Program-made: the position numbers and the translations under genes
In this document: positions 11,401-26,400 of the stretch, piece by piece
How positions within the stretch are numbered: the first letter of the stretch is position 1
How the letters are laid out: every line of letters starts with the position of its first letter
The notes under the pieces: generated by a model
The model's database searches: none
What the model was told of the DNA's origin: nothing
Seen by the model: the letters and a program-made list of their open reading frames with translations, nothing else
Assembly: GCA_030141605.1 (NCBI GenBank)
Contig: JAQGDQ010000498.1
Location: 62,001-126,000, forward strand
Direction: 5' to 3'
Origin: Tubiluchus corallicola
Taxonomy: Eukaryota > Animalia > Priapulida
DNA: 64,000 bases

Positions 11401-14400
11401 ATTTCAACACAGACAGCAAGTCACATATTGACATGCATAGATAGGCTTGGGGCCCCTATAATAAGCAACTGCCCGTTTGCCTGTGCGTTAAGACGACCCT
11501 GTGTACAATTTCTAACGACTGTTACATAAATTTGGAAAAATGTCTATCAATAGCTTGCTGATTGAAAGAGTTAGTGAATGAGAGAAAAAGAAATAACATG
11601 TTACAACGTTATAAATTATACAGGCGTAACTCTACATAAAGCCCAAAAATGAGAGGCCTATTTGATTGCAGGCGCAGGTATCAAGTTTACAGTCAGCAAG
11701 TGATATATGTAAATGTATTATAAATTAATTAATTGATAGCAAAGGCCCCGCAAAAAAATTTGCGTATAAATAGACGTCACAACAATGGCTTTGCGTCAGC
11801 AGTTTTCTAAGCGAAAATTGCCGAAAAGAGAACATCTACTTAACTCGTCAGTACTCCTCTTGGTGGACCTGTCTTAACACATAGCCCAGTAAGAGTAGCC
11901 CTCTTCTTGCTGTTTCTAAAAAGCTATATATCTCCTTCCGAGAGTCCCACCAGGTGCCGCTAGAACATCTTTTCCGCAGGCTGTTTGACCAAAATTTCGA
12001 AAAAATCGCGAGTTTGGTCCGGGAAAACGCCCGTTACGGGCGCCGTGGCCCTCTCGCGAATTCTAAATACGCCTACTACACCCATGGCTATCTATCCATA
12101 GCCAGCACCGCCCTCGGCCCGTTCCCGTTCTTCAGATCTGAGACGTATAAGTTTTGCAAAAAACGGGCGAAAAATGGCCATTTTTGGAGGTTTTTCGCCC
12201 CCCCGTTCTTCCCGGTGGACCCGATTCGAAAAATAAACCCCCGATGGCACAAAACTGTGTTCATTTTATGTTTGTGCACCTTTTCACGAGTAAAAGTAAG
12301 CATCCGGGTATTTATACCCACCTGCAGGAATCATCCCGGTCAGTCTCGTTGCCGAAGTGTAAAATTTCTGGCGTCAGCTCCACGTTTCTTACGCTTCCGA
12401 AAAAATCCGTAACGAGGACGTGTTTGGGATCACGATGAAACAAATCGGTCCGAACGCCAACGGTGGAAATGCATTTGTTTTTCGGACAAACTTTAAACTG
12501 GAAAAAAAAACGCTCTCTTGTAGATGCTGTATATAGTTATTAAAAACCTATATATCAACTGTAGAAGATAAAATATATTTAGTTGCTACAATACAGAATG
12601 CCTCTAAAGTCACTACACATTCTGACTTCTAATTTAACTTTAATTCTTTCTTCAAATATATTTAGTTGTTACAATACAGGGTGTCTCTAAAGTCACTACA
12701 CATTCTGACTTCTAATTTAACTTTAATTCTTTCTTCAAATATATTTAGTTGTTACAATACAGGGTGTCTCTAAAGTCACTACACATTCTGACTTCTAATT
12801 TAACTTTAATTCTTTCTTCAAATATATTTAGTTGTTACAATACAGGGTGTCTCTAAAGTCACTACACATTCTGACTTCTAATTTAACTTTAATTCTTTCT
12901 TCAAATATATTTAGTTGTTACAATACAGGGTGTCTCTAAAGTCACTACACATTCTGACTTCTAATTTAACTTTAATTCTTTCTTCAAATATATTTAGTTG
13001 TTACAATACAGGGTGTCTCTAAAGTCACTACACATTCTGACTTCTAATTTAACTTTAATTCTTTCTTCAATCTTAGCGAGTTCTTACATAAATCAAAAGG
13101 GGTCTTTGGTTATTCTTTTTGCTTATTTCTTGACTGGAATTCATTTCTTATGGTGACAACTGACAAGAGCACCATTAGAGATGAGGTGCAAAATCAGCCC
13201 GGCTCGAGGTCTTTCGATCATCAACCAAAGTTCAGTGGAAATTCAGAGTACCACATACGCCGCACCATTCACTAACTGTCAACAATGCAGAAATTCAGAG
13301 CACCACATATGCCACACCATTCACTCGCTGTTAACAATGCAGAAATTCAGAGCACCACATATGCCACACCATTCACTCGCTGTTAACAATGCAGAAATTC
13401 AGAGCACCACATACGCCGCACCATTCACTCGCTGTTAACAATGCAGAAATTCAGAGCACCACATACGCCGCACCATTCACTCGCTGTTAACAATGCAGAA
13501 ATTCAGAGCACCACATACGCCGCACCATTCACTCACTGTTAACAATGCAGAAATTCAGAGCACCACATACGCCGCACCATTCACTCGCTGTTAACAATGC
13601 AGAAATTCAGAGCACCACATACGCCGCACCATTTTGTTTGTTTGGTTCACTCGCTGTTAACAATGCAGAAATTCAGAGCACCACATACGCCGCACCATTC
13701 ACTCGCTGTTAACAATGCAGAAATTCAGAGCACCACATACGCCGCACCATTCACTCACTGTTAACAATGCAGAAATTCAGAGCACCACATACGCCGCACC
13801 ATTCACTCGCTGTTAACAATGCAGAAATTCAGAGCACCACATACGCCGCACCATTCACTCACTGTTAACAATGCAGAAATTCAGAGCACCACATACGCCG
13901 CACCATTCACTCACTGTTAACAATGCAGAAATTCAGAGCACCACATACGCCGCACCATTCACTCGCTGTTAACAATGCAGTTTTTTAACAAGGTGCAGCT
14001 TTTCCATGGCATTCGTGGGCTGTGAGACACTTTCTCAATGCAAGATGGCCGACATTCAATCAAGGAATGTGGCAAAGAAACCTCCGGTCATGACTACCAA
14101 CATTAAGACACTAAAAGCTCGATTTTAGTTTACAGGGTGTTCTTTGCATTGCTGTAGAAAATTGCAATCATTTTATTGTAAAACGGATACAATGTTCACC
14201 TCAATCACAAAATTGAACAAACAGTCATAAAGTTAGCCATATGATATTTTACAGTAGAAATTTTGCATCCTTTCTCAATGCTGTCTCTAGATCAACTGAA
14301 ACTTGCATGCCTGAGAGAATAGAGCTGTAATCACATGACCAGAGATTCAAGTTCCTATTGGGAGATACATTACATTCATGCATACAGACCATATATGGAA

Positions 14401-17400
14401 AGGTCACCTATACTCTACAGACTACTAGTTAAACCAAAATCAAAGTCTACTTGGCTTCTTTGATAGCAGAATAAAGATTATTGGTTTACAGAAAGCTGTG
14501 TTATAATGTTATAATTTTTCTCTATTTAAACTTGAATAAGAGAGTTAGAACCAGAATTAAAACACGAAATTAACAACCTAATTACTCTGATTAATGAATA
14601 TCTATAAAAGCAAAAGGAAACAATATTTAGAAACAAAAATCAATCTCTGACAAACATTGTACAATTAGAGTAAAACAACGACTGTAGATGGCAGCATAGA
14701 CTAATTCATTACTTCAGTGTAGTAGACTGACAATTAAATGGGTCACATAATACTACAATCGCGTACTCGGTACAATAAGCGACAATTCCTGTCACTGAAT
14801 TATGCAAAAAATGGAAGATGTACTTTCAGAAATATCTTCTTCCACAGTTATCACGATTGTAAAGGAAGTAAACAGAGAAACAGCCACTACAAGCAAATTG
14901 AAGTTGCTAGACTTACAACAAACAAGCAAAACACTTACAAATTCATTCAACGTCTTACTGCTCTCTGGCGTCACTCTCTCCATGAACTCCAGGGCGTGGT
15001 AAGTGAATCTGTCGATTATGTAAACGCCTATGGCGGGATCAACATGATGCTGAAATAATCGAGAAATAAAAGTGAGAAATAAACTACAGTAAAATTTTAC
15101 AGCAAAATCTGCAAAATTTGTGGCAAACACACAGTTGTGAAAAAGTATGTTGAAATTACGCAGAGTTCCGCATAGCAAGAGTAGAAATTTCTTTGTTAAA
15201 GTTACTGACACGAAACAGACACTCCAAGAAAAAATGTACGTCTTAAAGCAAAAGCGGAACCAATCTTAATCTGTAAATCAAAACAATCTAATCTACTCTT
15301 TAAAATATTGAGAGGAAGTATACTATTTTTTCCAGAATGTCACACGTGAAAGAATTATTACCACACAAACACAATTTCACATTCGCACCACTAGTTCTTC
15401 GCTGTTACATGCATTTTGCCATTCGCAAGTTCGACGGGCACTAGCGCTTGCATTTTGCCATTCACAAGTTGGATGGGCAATAGCGCCTGCATTTCGCAAA
15501 CACATTGCACAAAAAACAGGTACTGTACCTCTCAGTTCAAATGTGTTAGTTTCTGACGCACTATACGCATTTGACAGCTCGTGCCTGAGCACACCAGTAA
15601 ATTTGAAATTTGAAGTTTTATCTTAAAACTTCTCGAGTTTTAGTACAACACACTGAATCTCTTGCAGGAGTAATGTACTTCAATTTTCGCTTTTGCAAAC
15701 ATGGGCAATGCGCTCACGGAATATTTTTCCTGTTGAAAATTATGTTAGTTTGTGATGTCATCAATAGTTGGGCTCGCCCGCCGTTAATTAAGATTTTAAT
15801 CTATTATTTAACTATCACACACTACGCAGTATTAATTGTGTTAAATTGTATTCTTTTTACCGTACTTGAAAAAAGGATAGTACATGAAAAATCTCCTGTC
15901 TTCTTTTAAGCATGAGGAAAATTTCAAGACTTTACGTTGTTGTATGAGCAAACTGTCATGAGCATAGGCTCAGGGAATTCACCACAAACAGGACATAGGA
16001 CAAAGATCTAACATTGGACACAATGTGCAACTAATTTAAAATGCTGGTGTTTGTTTAAATTATTTATAGAGAACACCCAAAAGACACATCAACAAAGTGA
16101 TGTTCGTCCTTCGAATCGAAGATGACCATAGTGACAGGGATAAAAGGTCAGTTTGGGGGTTGTCATTCCTTTGATGAGCTCGAAGGTGACTGACTAGGCC
16201 AATTCTAGCCTGGAAACTTCTTTGGCATTTGGCACAGGTGAAGCTAAGGAGCCCCATCTACCCCAAAAGATACGTCATCAAAGTACTGACAGTTTTATTC
16301 AAGATGTCCAATAAAATATTATTCAAGATGTCCAATAAAATATTACGTAAACAATTTTTTCCAAACTTAACAGAGCACAAAAGCATTCAAAGAGAAATAC
16401 TCTTACAGGTAACGAATCTTCGCCCACTAAAGATAGATAAACTATAGTTGTACTGTCATACTAATGTACTGTTGATATTTTATATATATTATCCAAATGT
16501 GGCTGCGACATCTCTGCCAGTTCAGTGTCCTATTCTGAGACGACGGCAACAACCTACATACTGGTCCTAGCACAAACACACACGTAAGGCATGTCTTTAA
16601 ATGCACAATTTGGGCTCTTCTAGAGCAACACTAAATTTCATAAATTTCACATAATTTCATAGAAATAAAACATCTGCCAAGCTACATAAATGATATGGAA
16701 TATCTACAAATATCATCTAATTTTGCATCCACTGTCAGTATTTATCTTAACCGTATACTTACAGATAGCGAATCTTCGCCCACTAAACTACTAGCCACTC
16801 CTATAATGTTTGGCGAATAAAACTTCTGATACATGGAGGCAGCTTGGCAAGTGTCAACAACAAACAGAATTTCATGATACCTAAACGAGATGCGATTAAA
16901 AAAGATGAGAATTGTCAAGGATTTTTGTTTGTTAAATTTAATATAGCCATACAGCTACAAGTGGCGACATCTGGCTTCAATATTTGCATCCTAGTCAATT
17001 TCCGGTCATTTAAGTTTCAATGTGTTCATGTGATCACGTGTTTCTGTGTAACTCACGATTTAATGCCAACGATGTATGTAAATTTTATTTAGTTATTTAT
17101 TTTATTTACTGTAAGTCTCTCATTAATTTCATTTAATCGTAATCGATCTTTTGATAGAAGTGAGTTAGTTTATTAAAGGAATTTATATATCTTCTTTCAG
17201 ATAAAATGTAATATTTTGGGTAATGGCGTCACAGTGTCAGATATGATGAGGTAAATGACAAAGGGGCATGTGATGTGAAAATAGAACACAAACAATAAAC
17301 AGTTATGCTGAGCAAAATGATGACTTTGTTTGTCAACATAAAGCGCAAACAAGAATCTTTAAAATGACATTAGCTTCTTCCCGTACTTTGTCAGAATTTG

Positions 17401-20400
17401 ACACAGTTTTTACAACTTACTGTAGTATAATCAAGCAAACAGCATTCAACGTAAGTGCATGAATGTACAGATGTAGATCAATGAAAGCCTATTTAACGTA
17501 GATACTCGTTGTAACCGCAATATGCATAACGACACTTATTTATTGGAAGGTGCTGCCCTCTACGAGCAGTGCAGAGAGGAAAGGACAGGAGGAGAACAAT
17601 GATGGTCGCGTTTTTATTTACAGCAATGTTTTTTATCGTTATTGTGTTATAGTTAATAACAGCGTTTAGTTATTACCAAATTTGTACCTTGAGAAATTTT
17701 AAATCTTGACGAAGAGCCAACGATGTAAGTTACATAAATTTAAATAATTTAATTAAGTTAAGAATTCAATCTCTGAAATTTGAGAAAGTACTTTTCCCAA
17801 TAAGTTGACTTCTTCGTAATTATTAAGCTTCTGTTTATCATTCTATTTATTTTCTCACTTGTTAATGTTCTCTTTATTATTCTCTTTAGAATAAACGACT
17901 TTGGAACATGAATGAAATAGTGAAGGCTTTCTGTTCATAACACTCATTTCAAGACCAAGGAATGATACATTCAGCTGACAAAGGTGTCTAAATCATGTCT
18001 GAATGTACACATGCCTTTCCTTAACAACACAAATTATACATCATTGGCAGTATGAGTGAAAAAAGTGCACAGAACAAGTTTGTTTACAGTCGTTCATGTC
18101 CATTTACAGACCTGATACACTGCTGCTTAACTTTGCGCACAGAAAACATATCACGAAAACCCAGACATTGTAAAGGCACAAGACAGCACAAAAAATGTTT
18201 GTGCTAACTATACTTCCAGTAGAAACAAAATCTTTCTATCATAAACAAAAAGAGAATTCTTTTACTGGGTATATTTACTGGACATATCATTGGAGTGGGT
18301 CCAAGCTTTTGAATAGTAAAAAGCTACTAACATTTGCACATGCAACCTGTATAATGACTTACAAATTAACACAAACTATGGAGGATGCTGACCTGTTTTT
18401 CTGCCACATTTGTTCAAAAGCATCAGCAAGTTCAATATTAGTAATTTCTTCTGCATCTTGGAACTTCAAGAATCCGTCGCCTCCGTGACCTGCAAACAAA
18501 GACAAATTTGCCGTGTCATACGGGGGCGCATCAAGACTACGACTCCATAGGCTAATAGTTCTGTTTTGCTCATCTCTATTGTTAATTTATGGTTGCTTAT
18601 GTAATGAACAGATAAACAATTACTTGTGGTGTGTTAGAAACACCATTAACCTAATTTCTACGTGATCATTATTAATTACATGTACTTGCATAACGCTTAT
18701 ATTCAAGCAGGCTGCTTAACCGCTTCTTGTGTATTACTTGCACCTGTTCGTTATGTGGCACTTATATAAAAGCTGCGCTCGCTCAGCAAACTGCAGTAAT
18801 GCATTATAAAATTTGTCCGTTACATGAATACAAAAGTTACACGTTTTCCGAGGAGAATAAGAATTTTTTCTAAAATGCGATGCCCTCAAACTTTGGCATA
18901 GTTAGCTTATTGGTTTATATGGCCCTGGTGTCGTATTACAAAATTTGAGTTTATTGAAGATGACAAGAGGGTTGTTAGAATGCAAAAAAAAACACAAAGC
19001 GCACCAGCATAAGGTGTGATTCGCATTTGCACAAAAATGTTAAGCGTGTAATTTAAAGCAAATTCTTGTACTTCATTATTCATAATAATAATTGTTAAGA
19101 GACAAAGTTTCTGCACCGGTCATGTAAATAAATATGTTGCTCCGATCATCAGTTAGGAGGCGTTTTGATCTGGGTGTACTTGGTGGCAGACGACCCGTTA
19201 GAACTCGTATAAAATTCTCAACCGTTACCTGAAAGTGACGAAAAATGAGATTCATCGTCTTATAAATGGGTGGCAAAAGAAAGAAACAAATCAATTCTGT
19301 AAACGACAATGTGTGACATCACTTTGTGTGGCACCATGTCTTAAATCACTTTGTGTGACGTTACAATGTTTGACATCACAATGTGTGACATCACTTTGTG
19401 TGACACCATGTCTTAAATCACTTTGTGTGACATCACTTTGTGTGACACCATGTCTTAAATCACTTTGTGTGACACCATGTCTTAAATCACTTTGTGTGAC
19501 ATCACTTTGTGTGACACCATGTCTTATAAACTGGTGGCAAAAGAAAGAAACAAATCAATTCTGTAAACGACAATGTGTGACATCACTTTGTGTGACACCA
19601 TGTCTTAAATCACTTTGTGTGACACCATGTCTTATAAATGGGTGGCAAAAGAAAGAAACAAATCAATTCTGTAAACGACAATGTGTGACATCACTTTGTG
19701 TGGCACCATGTCTTAAATCACTTTGTGTGACATCACTTTGTGTGACACCATGTCTTAAATCACTTTGTGTGACATCACTTTGTGTGACACCATGTCTTAA
19801 ATCACTTTGTGTGACATCACTTTGTGTGACACCATGTCTTAAATCACTTTGTGTGACATCACTTTGTGTGACACCATGTCTTATAAATGGGTGGCAAAAG
19901 AAAGAAACAAATCAATTCTGTAAACGACAATGTGTGACATCACTTTGTGTGGCACCATGTCTTAAATCACTTTGTGTGACATCACTTTGTGTGACACCAT
20001 GTCTTAAATCACTTTGTGTGACATCACTTTGTGTGACACCATGTCTTAAATCACTTTGTGTGACACCATGTCTTATAAACTGGTGGCAAAAGAAAGAAAC
20101 AAATCAATTCTGTAAACGACAATGTGTGACATCACTTTGTGTGACACCATGTCTTAAATCACTTTGTGTGACACCATGTCTTATAAATGGGTGGCAAAAG
20201 AAAGAAACAAATCAATTCTGTAAACGACAATGTGTGACATCACTTTGTGTGGCACCATGTCTTAAATCACTTTGTGTGACACCATGTCTTATAAACTGGT
20301 GGCAAAAGAAAGAAACAAATCAATTCTGTAAACGACAATGTGTGACATCACTTTGTGTGGCACCATGTCTTAAATCACTTTGTGTGACATCACTTTGTGT

Positions 20401-23400
20401 GACACCATGTCTTAAATCACTTTGTGTGACACCATGTCTTAAATCACTTTGTGTGACATCACTTTGTGTGACACCATGTCTTAAATCACTTTGTGTGACA
20501 TCACTTTGTGTGACACCATGTCTTAAATCACTTTGTGTGACATCACTTTGTGTGACACCATGTCTTATAAACTGGTGGCAAAAGAAAGAAACAAATCAAT
20601 TCTGTAAACGACAATGTGTGACATCACTTTGTGTGGCACCATGTCTTAAATCACTTTGTGTGACACCATGTCTTATAAACTGGTGGCAAAAGAAAGAAAC
20701 AAATCAATTCTGTAAACGACAATGTGTGACATCACTTTGTGTGGCACCATGTCTTAAATCACTTTGTGTGACACCATGTCTTAAATCACTTTGTGTGACA
20801 TCACTTTGTGTGACACCATGTCTTAAATCACTTTGTGTGACACCATGTCTTATAAACTGGTGGCAAAAGAAAGAAACAAATCAATTCTGTAAACGACAAT
20901 GTGTGACATCACTTTGTGTGGCACCATGTCTTAAATCACTTTGTGTGACACCATGTCTTATAAACTGGTGGCAAAAGAAAGAAACAAATCAATTCTGTAA
21001 ACGACAATGTGTGACATCACTTTGTGTGACACCATGTCTTAAATCACTTTGTGTGACACCATGTCTTATAAACTGGTGGCAAAAGCAAGAAACAAATCAA
21101 TTCTGTAAACGACAATGTGTGACATCACTTTGTGTGACATCATGTCTTAAATCACTTTGTGTGACATCACAATGCGTGACACCACTTTGATGCAGTGTGA
21201 AGATGAGGCTGCTATATATGGAGCCCCTACAATGTTTCTAGCTCCACTCCTCCCAAAAGGAAAAACGCATCAACACGGATTGTTTACATTGGGTTTACAT
21301 TGAAAACTGACCAGCTCAATGACAGGCCAGAGACACGTAGAGTTTCATATCTATTGTACTGCAACAAATCGAAACTGAATCACTAGATACATATAAATTT
21401 ATTTATTTATAAATACATTTATTTACTGATATTTAACATGTTGTTTATGAGCGCAGACGATCATTTGGACAGCAAATGTCATTTTCAATGCTATAAACGA
21501 AGCCAAGACAAATAATTGATTTACAGCAATGAAAATGACATTTGCTGTCAAGTTGATCATCTGTGCTAATAAACAACATATTAATTCCTAGAGACTGACT
21601 GTTTCATACTGATAGTTCAATTATTTAGAAATGAATGTTAAAACCAGTACAATCATTAGGATTTTTGTGATATCTATTTGTTACATTATTATTATTTGAC
21701 TCGATCAAAGAGCTATAACTCTTTACTTAGTCTTTGGATTCGGAAGCACAAATGGCTGCAGGTTTGTTACGTGGATCAAAAGTCAAAAACTCTTGATTTA
21801 TGACTACCCTGACCACAAGCTTAAACCCTCAAAACATCAATCAAGTACAAATGATGAAACAGCCTTTAACTCTGAACAAAAAATAATAATTTTTGCTAGT
21901 TACAAATAGAAAGAGTTCTTGCTAAATATTAAGGCCAGTGTCAACCTGACTTAATAAACTTTAATTTTGTAACCAAGGTGGCTCCATCTAGCTAGAAAGT
22001 TTAAAATGTGGGCAGTGACCTAATGACGTTTTTAATTTATGCAGTTCTGTTGTATGACTGAACATGTGTCTTGTACAAGCTAGCGAAATTTTTCATTAGA
22101 TATATGCCACAACGATGTAAGTTTACTTCTATTAATTTTGATTTTGATTTATTCACTAATATTTATGAATGGACTAAACTTTGTAACAATCTAACTAAAT
22201 TAGCCAATGTCAGTCACCTTTGCCTTTCCATTTTTTTAAATATTGCAGAAATAAAGATCAGTGGTTTATACGAAAATTCAACTGAGACTTTTGAAGTTGT
22301 CATAAATGCCTCTCAGAGACACTAACAGTAAACGATCTTGAACATCATGCGAGTTATGAGATGCTAGTGCCTCGGTTATAAATGCAAATTCACAAATCAC
22401 AACTAAATTTCACTTAACAGAAAGACAATAAAGAAATAAATAATAGCTAAAGTCAGTACTACCCTAAGACTAGAGTGAGTTTAAAGTATTGTGAAAAGTT
22501 TTAAACTGTATTGTGTCATAATAGCAGAAGTACTAGACTATGTTCATATTTATCACTAATACATTGTAAGTTATGAGTTATGCTAAACTGCAAAAGAACT
22601 AAAATAAAAAATTGATAGTACTAAATCTGTGCATCAGAGCTTTCTGCATTTTAATTTTTATATGTAAAAAGACATAAAACATAGATACGACTCAGCAACT
22701 TAGCAAATACCTCATATCCTCTGTAATCCACCTCTATATCGTCGCCATAAACATTGATATTTTGATTGGCATTATTAAAAACAGCAGCTGAAATAAGAAA
22801 GCATGATGATGATGGTAACAATGTGACTTGTCCTGACTTGTGTGGTTGAATGGCTTAGATTTCGGGCTGCAACAATCCAGGCTTGAGTTCGAAACTAGCG
22901 GCCGGCAATTTGAACTTAACTTGAATTTAACTTTTTATTTCACACTCAAGGTGTATAGCATAACATATACAATCACATACAAATTATAGATACTATTTAC
23001 AAACATACTCAAAAAATACTGAACTATCTACAATCATGTATAAGATTGATCGCCATTTAGCACGTATACTTGACGTGTAGCTAATATCACTGGTTCACAA
23101 TGGCATTAGTACTGTTTATTATCCTTGGATTCGAGATAAACATACATTTTCTTCTAATAAAATATACCATATATATTCGTTATTTGTGTGTTGCGTCCTT
23201 ACTTGTGTTGTAAGTGTAAGTCACTAAACAGCCTTTCATGCTATGTTCTTTGTTAAACGAGCAACGATAAATAAATCTTCTTCTTGTTTTGTTGGGGATC
23301 AGAGGGAAGCATACAGACATAGATATAGACATAAACATTTTATTTATCTCCTCATTTACACCAGAATACAAGTAGACTATTATTATTATAGTTATTAATT

Positions 23401-26400
23401 AAATAGGATAAATTATGCATAACGGAAAGAGTTGGGGGGGGTGCAGGAGAAAGGGCAGCGAAAGACCAATTGGTCATCAAGTCAGCTACCCTTAAACCAA
23501 CCAGCAACCAGAAACCAAATTTTTCCAAATTGAATTCGAGATTAAAGATACTTCAATAAATTTCGAATCAATGATAAACTAATAATGTGCACGAAAGAAT
23601 ATTAACTCAAAACTTCGCATAACTCAAATAAAAAATTATTGTCCATTTAATCAAAATACTTGTAACTTATGTCGCCTATCTCAAAAATGCAATTTATGCT
23701 CTAGAAAAATGAGTTTCGTACAACTCAAAAACAGTATCGTCTTCCGGGAAAATTCTAATGTCTTACAAGTTGCGCCACCAGATTATTTTCTCCGGGACTG
23801 ATCCTTCTTTACATAATTTGTTATCCTTTATATAATTGTCATCAAATCTCGTCTTTTATGCATAAAACGGTTGACTTCCTGCCTTCTATTTAGCTCGCCA
23901 TCTGGAGGAGGGGTTTAGAGTTTCTATGCTAGAAAATGGTCAACATCGCGCAACTCAAAGTTTTTTTGGTCCGATTGCATTCGAGTTATGCGGAGTTTAC
24001 TGTATCAGTATCAGGTCGGGTGTTAATGATATGCAGTTAAGTTTCAAATCATTGCAATTAACTTTTAATATGTTTTTTTATTACCTGGTCTAGGATTCCT
24101 CGGGTTACAGGCCATGTCATCAGCAACCATCAAAATAATTTGGCTACAAAGAAAATCACAGAAACATTTGAAAATACTTTTCAATGAAAGGCAAGAATTA
24201 TGATACAGTAAGTCCTTGATTAACAACTCCCCATTTAGTGACGTTTCGTTCTAACGACGCCGATCATTTGATACCCTTTTTCTACTTTAATGAAGATTTT
24301 TTTGCTTTGCTCAAAACAAATTTTTGTTTTTAATTTATCAACGACTTTTTTCACCTAATTTAATGCATTAACAGTTTATATTGTATTATTCTGTTCTAAA
24401 GATGCACTAGTACTGTAAACAGTAGAATTGTTATATACGTTTTTGCTTTCCGACTGACTATTAAATGTTAGGCATTTGTATCAAGTGAGACATGTGAGCA
24501 AACTTTATGCCTGCATCCTGTTGTTATAGCAACCAGTCAAAGTATCTAGACAAAATTCTCAAGGTCCAAGGCTTGGCTTTGACTCTGCAGTATTTATTCT
24601 TTAACCACTGCCTAAGCTCAAACGTTAATGAAATAGAAACTGCTAAAGCTAGGTAAGATATATAGGTGATTTCAGGCAAGCAAAAAGAAATTAATCAGTA
24701 GAAATACGAACAAACTCATAAAATGTTTAAGCTACATGATTTAACCACGATGATTTTTGCTTCTGGAACATATCTCAATTCTTTTACATTACTTTCTATG
24801 CAAGTCTTGGCTTCATTTAATAATGTTTCGCTTAACGCTGTGCTTTTGCTGGTACACATTAGCAAGGTTAAGCAAGGACTTACAGTATAATTATTATGTC
24901 AGCCTCTTATAACACTACAAGTACAACATAAAAAATATATGTGTCAAACTGAAGGGCTTATAAATACTATACAGCATCTACCTGTCTGGAATTCCAAGTC
25001 GTTTAACACTTCTGTACATTGACAAAACATTAGCAATATGTCGATAGTTGAACCAAAACCTTGATGTGTCGACCAGCACGGCCCAGTTATTTGTATGTCC
25101 TTTTCTGAAAAACTTTGCACTTTGTTCCTGTCAAAAACAAGAAAAATTAAATGCAAGGTACAAAAAGACATTGTTATTCTTTTTTAATGATGCTGTGAGA
25201 ACAGCAGAAGAGAATGAACATGTACTAGTACAAAAGATATTCAACAGGACCTTTCAGATAGCCTAATCACTTCACAAAAGGTATTATTTATCTAGAGAAA
25301 AATCTACCCTAATTATAAAGGCTATCTGGAAAGTAATGTTGCTAAGCCCGTATGCACAATTTTTGTTAAGTAAACTATATTAGTAGCTGTTCTTATTTTT
25401 TGCTGCCTTAATCCTTTGTTTTTTGTTTTTTCTCCACAACATAATTATTTAGGTTGCAGTTACTTTAAGCTGCTGCTTTATGCTTAAACACAGGAGTTTA
25501 TGCTTCTAATTTGCAAGTTATTGCTTCCTTTTTGCTTTTGTTTTTGCCAGTTATTATAATATCACACAAGCCAATCTGTTTTGTTTGGTTATAGTGCCAT
25601 TTTATAGAGTTATTTCAATTTGATTGTCTCATTGTATGCTTATTTCATCGCTAGATATTCTTGTTATAACTTTAATTAAAAGGGTGGCTGATTTGCAAAC
25701 CTCTGTGGTTTTTTCGCCACCCATTCTCTAATACTAACAATTTATTTTTGCTATGTAATTGTTTTTTGCATGTATTACAAGAGATAAATAAACTTATCTC
25801 TCTATCTATCCATCTGAGATAACACTAATATTTTATAGGGTAAGCAGCTGGCTGCAGCAAGAATGGAATCTCACTATCAAGGAAAATCCTGAGAAGTAAG
25901 ATTCATCTAATTAAATCATGATTAAAATAGCAGAGGTGTTTTAGTGATATTTGCAGGTCTATTCAGTCTCTCTCAATGACGTAAATAGCTGGAGTAGAAA
26001 CTGCTAAAAATTGGGTAGGTTTCACGATGGTCACCCATCCATTAACTAAACAAGATAAGGCTGAGAATTGCTTAACATCAATTGCTAACAACATTGCTAA
26101 TATGTAAAAGTAATAAGTAACATAGTCATTCCTGTGCTGTTTCCTTCAAAGATGATCACGCGATATATTCTTAAACTTCTTGGATTTGTTGAGTTTGATA
26201 ATCGATAATCTTATTAAAAATTATTATAATATGTTAATGTAAATAAAACTTTTTATTTTTTATAATCAAAACATAAAAATTAACTTTAACGATATAGAAC
26301 ATTCTTCATTTCAACAGTGTGCAGTGGAAAAGACAATTACCGGATTAATCTCGGAATCAACAAATGTGGGTAAAACAATAAAATTTGCAATAAAAATTAC

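Noticed and set aside
19235-21190. 651-aa Cys-rich ORF resembling keratin-associated or metallothionein-like proteins
   Set aside because: Composite minisatellite antisense within a PIGK intron; near-identical DNA units with no codon-position bias.
22833-22910. Possible tRNA gene
   Set aside because: A/B boxes are present but acceptor and anticodon stems do not pair; treated as a SINE head.
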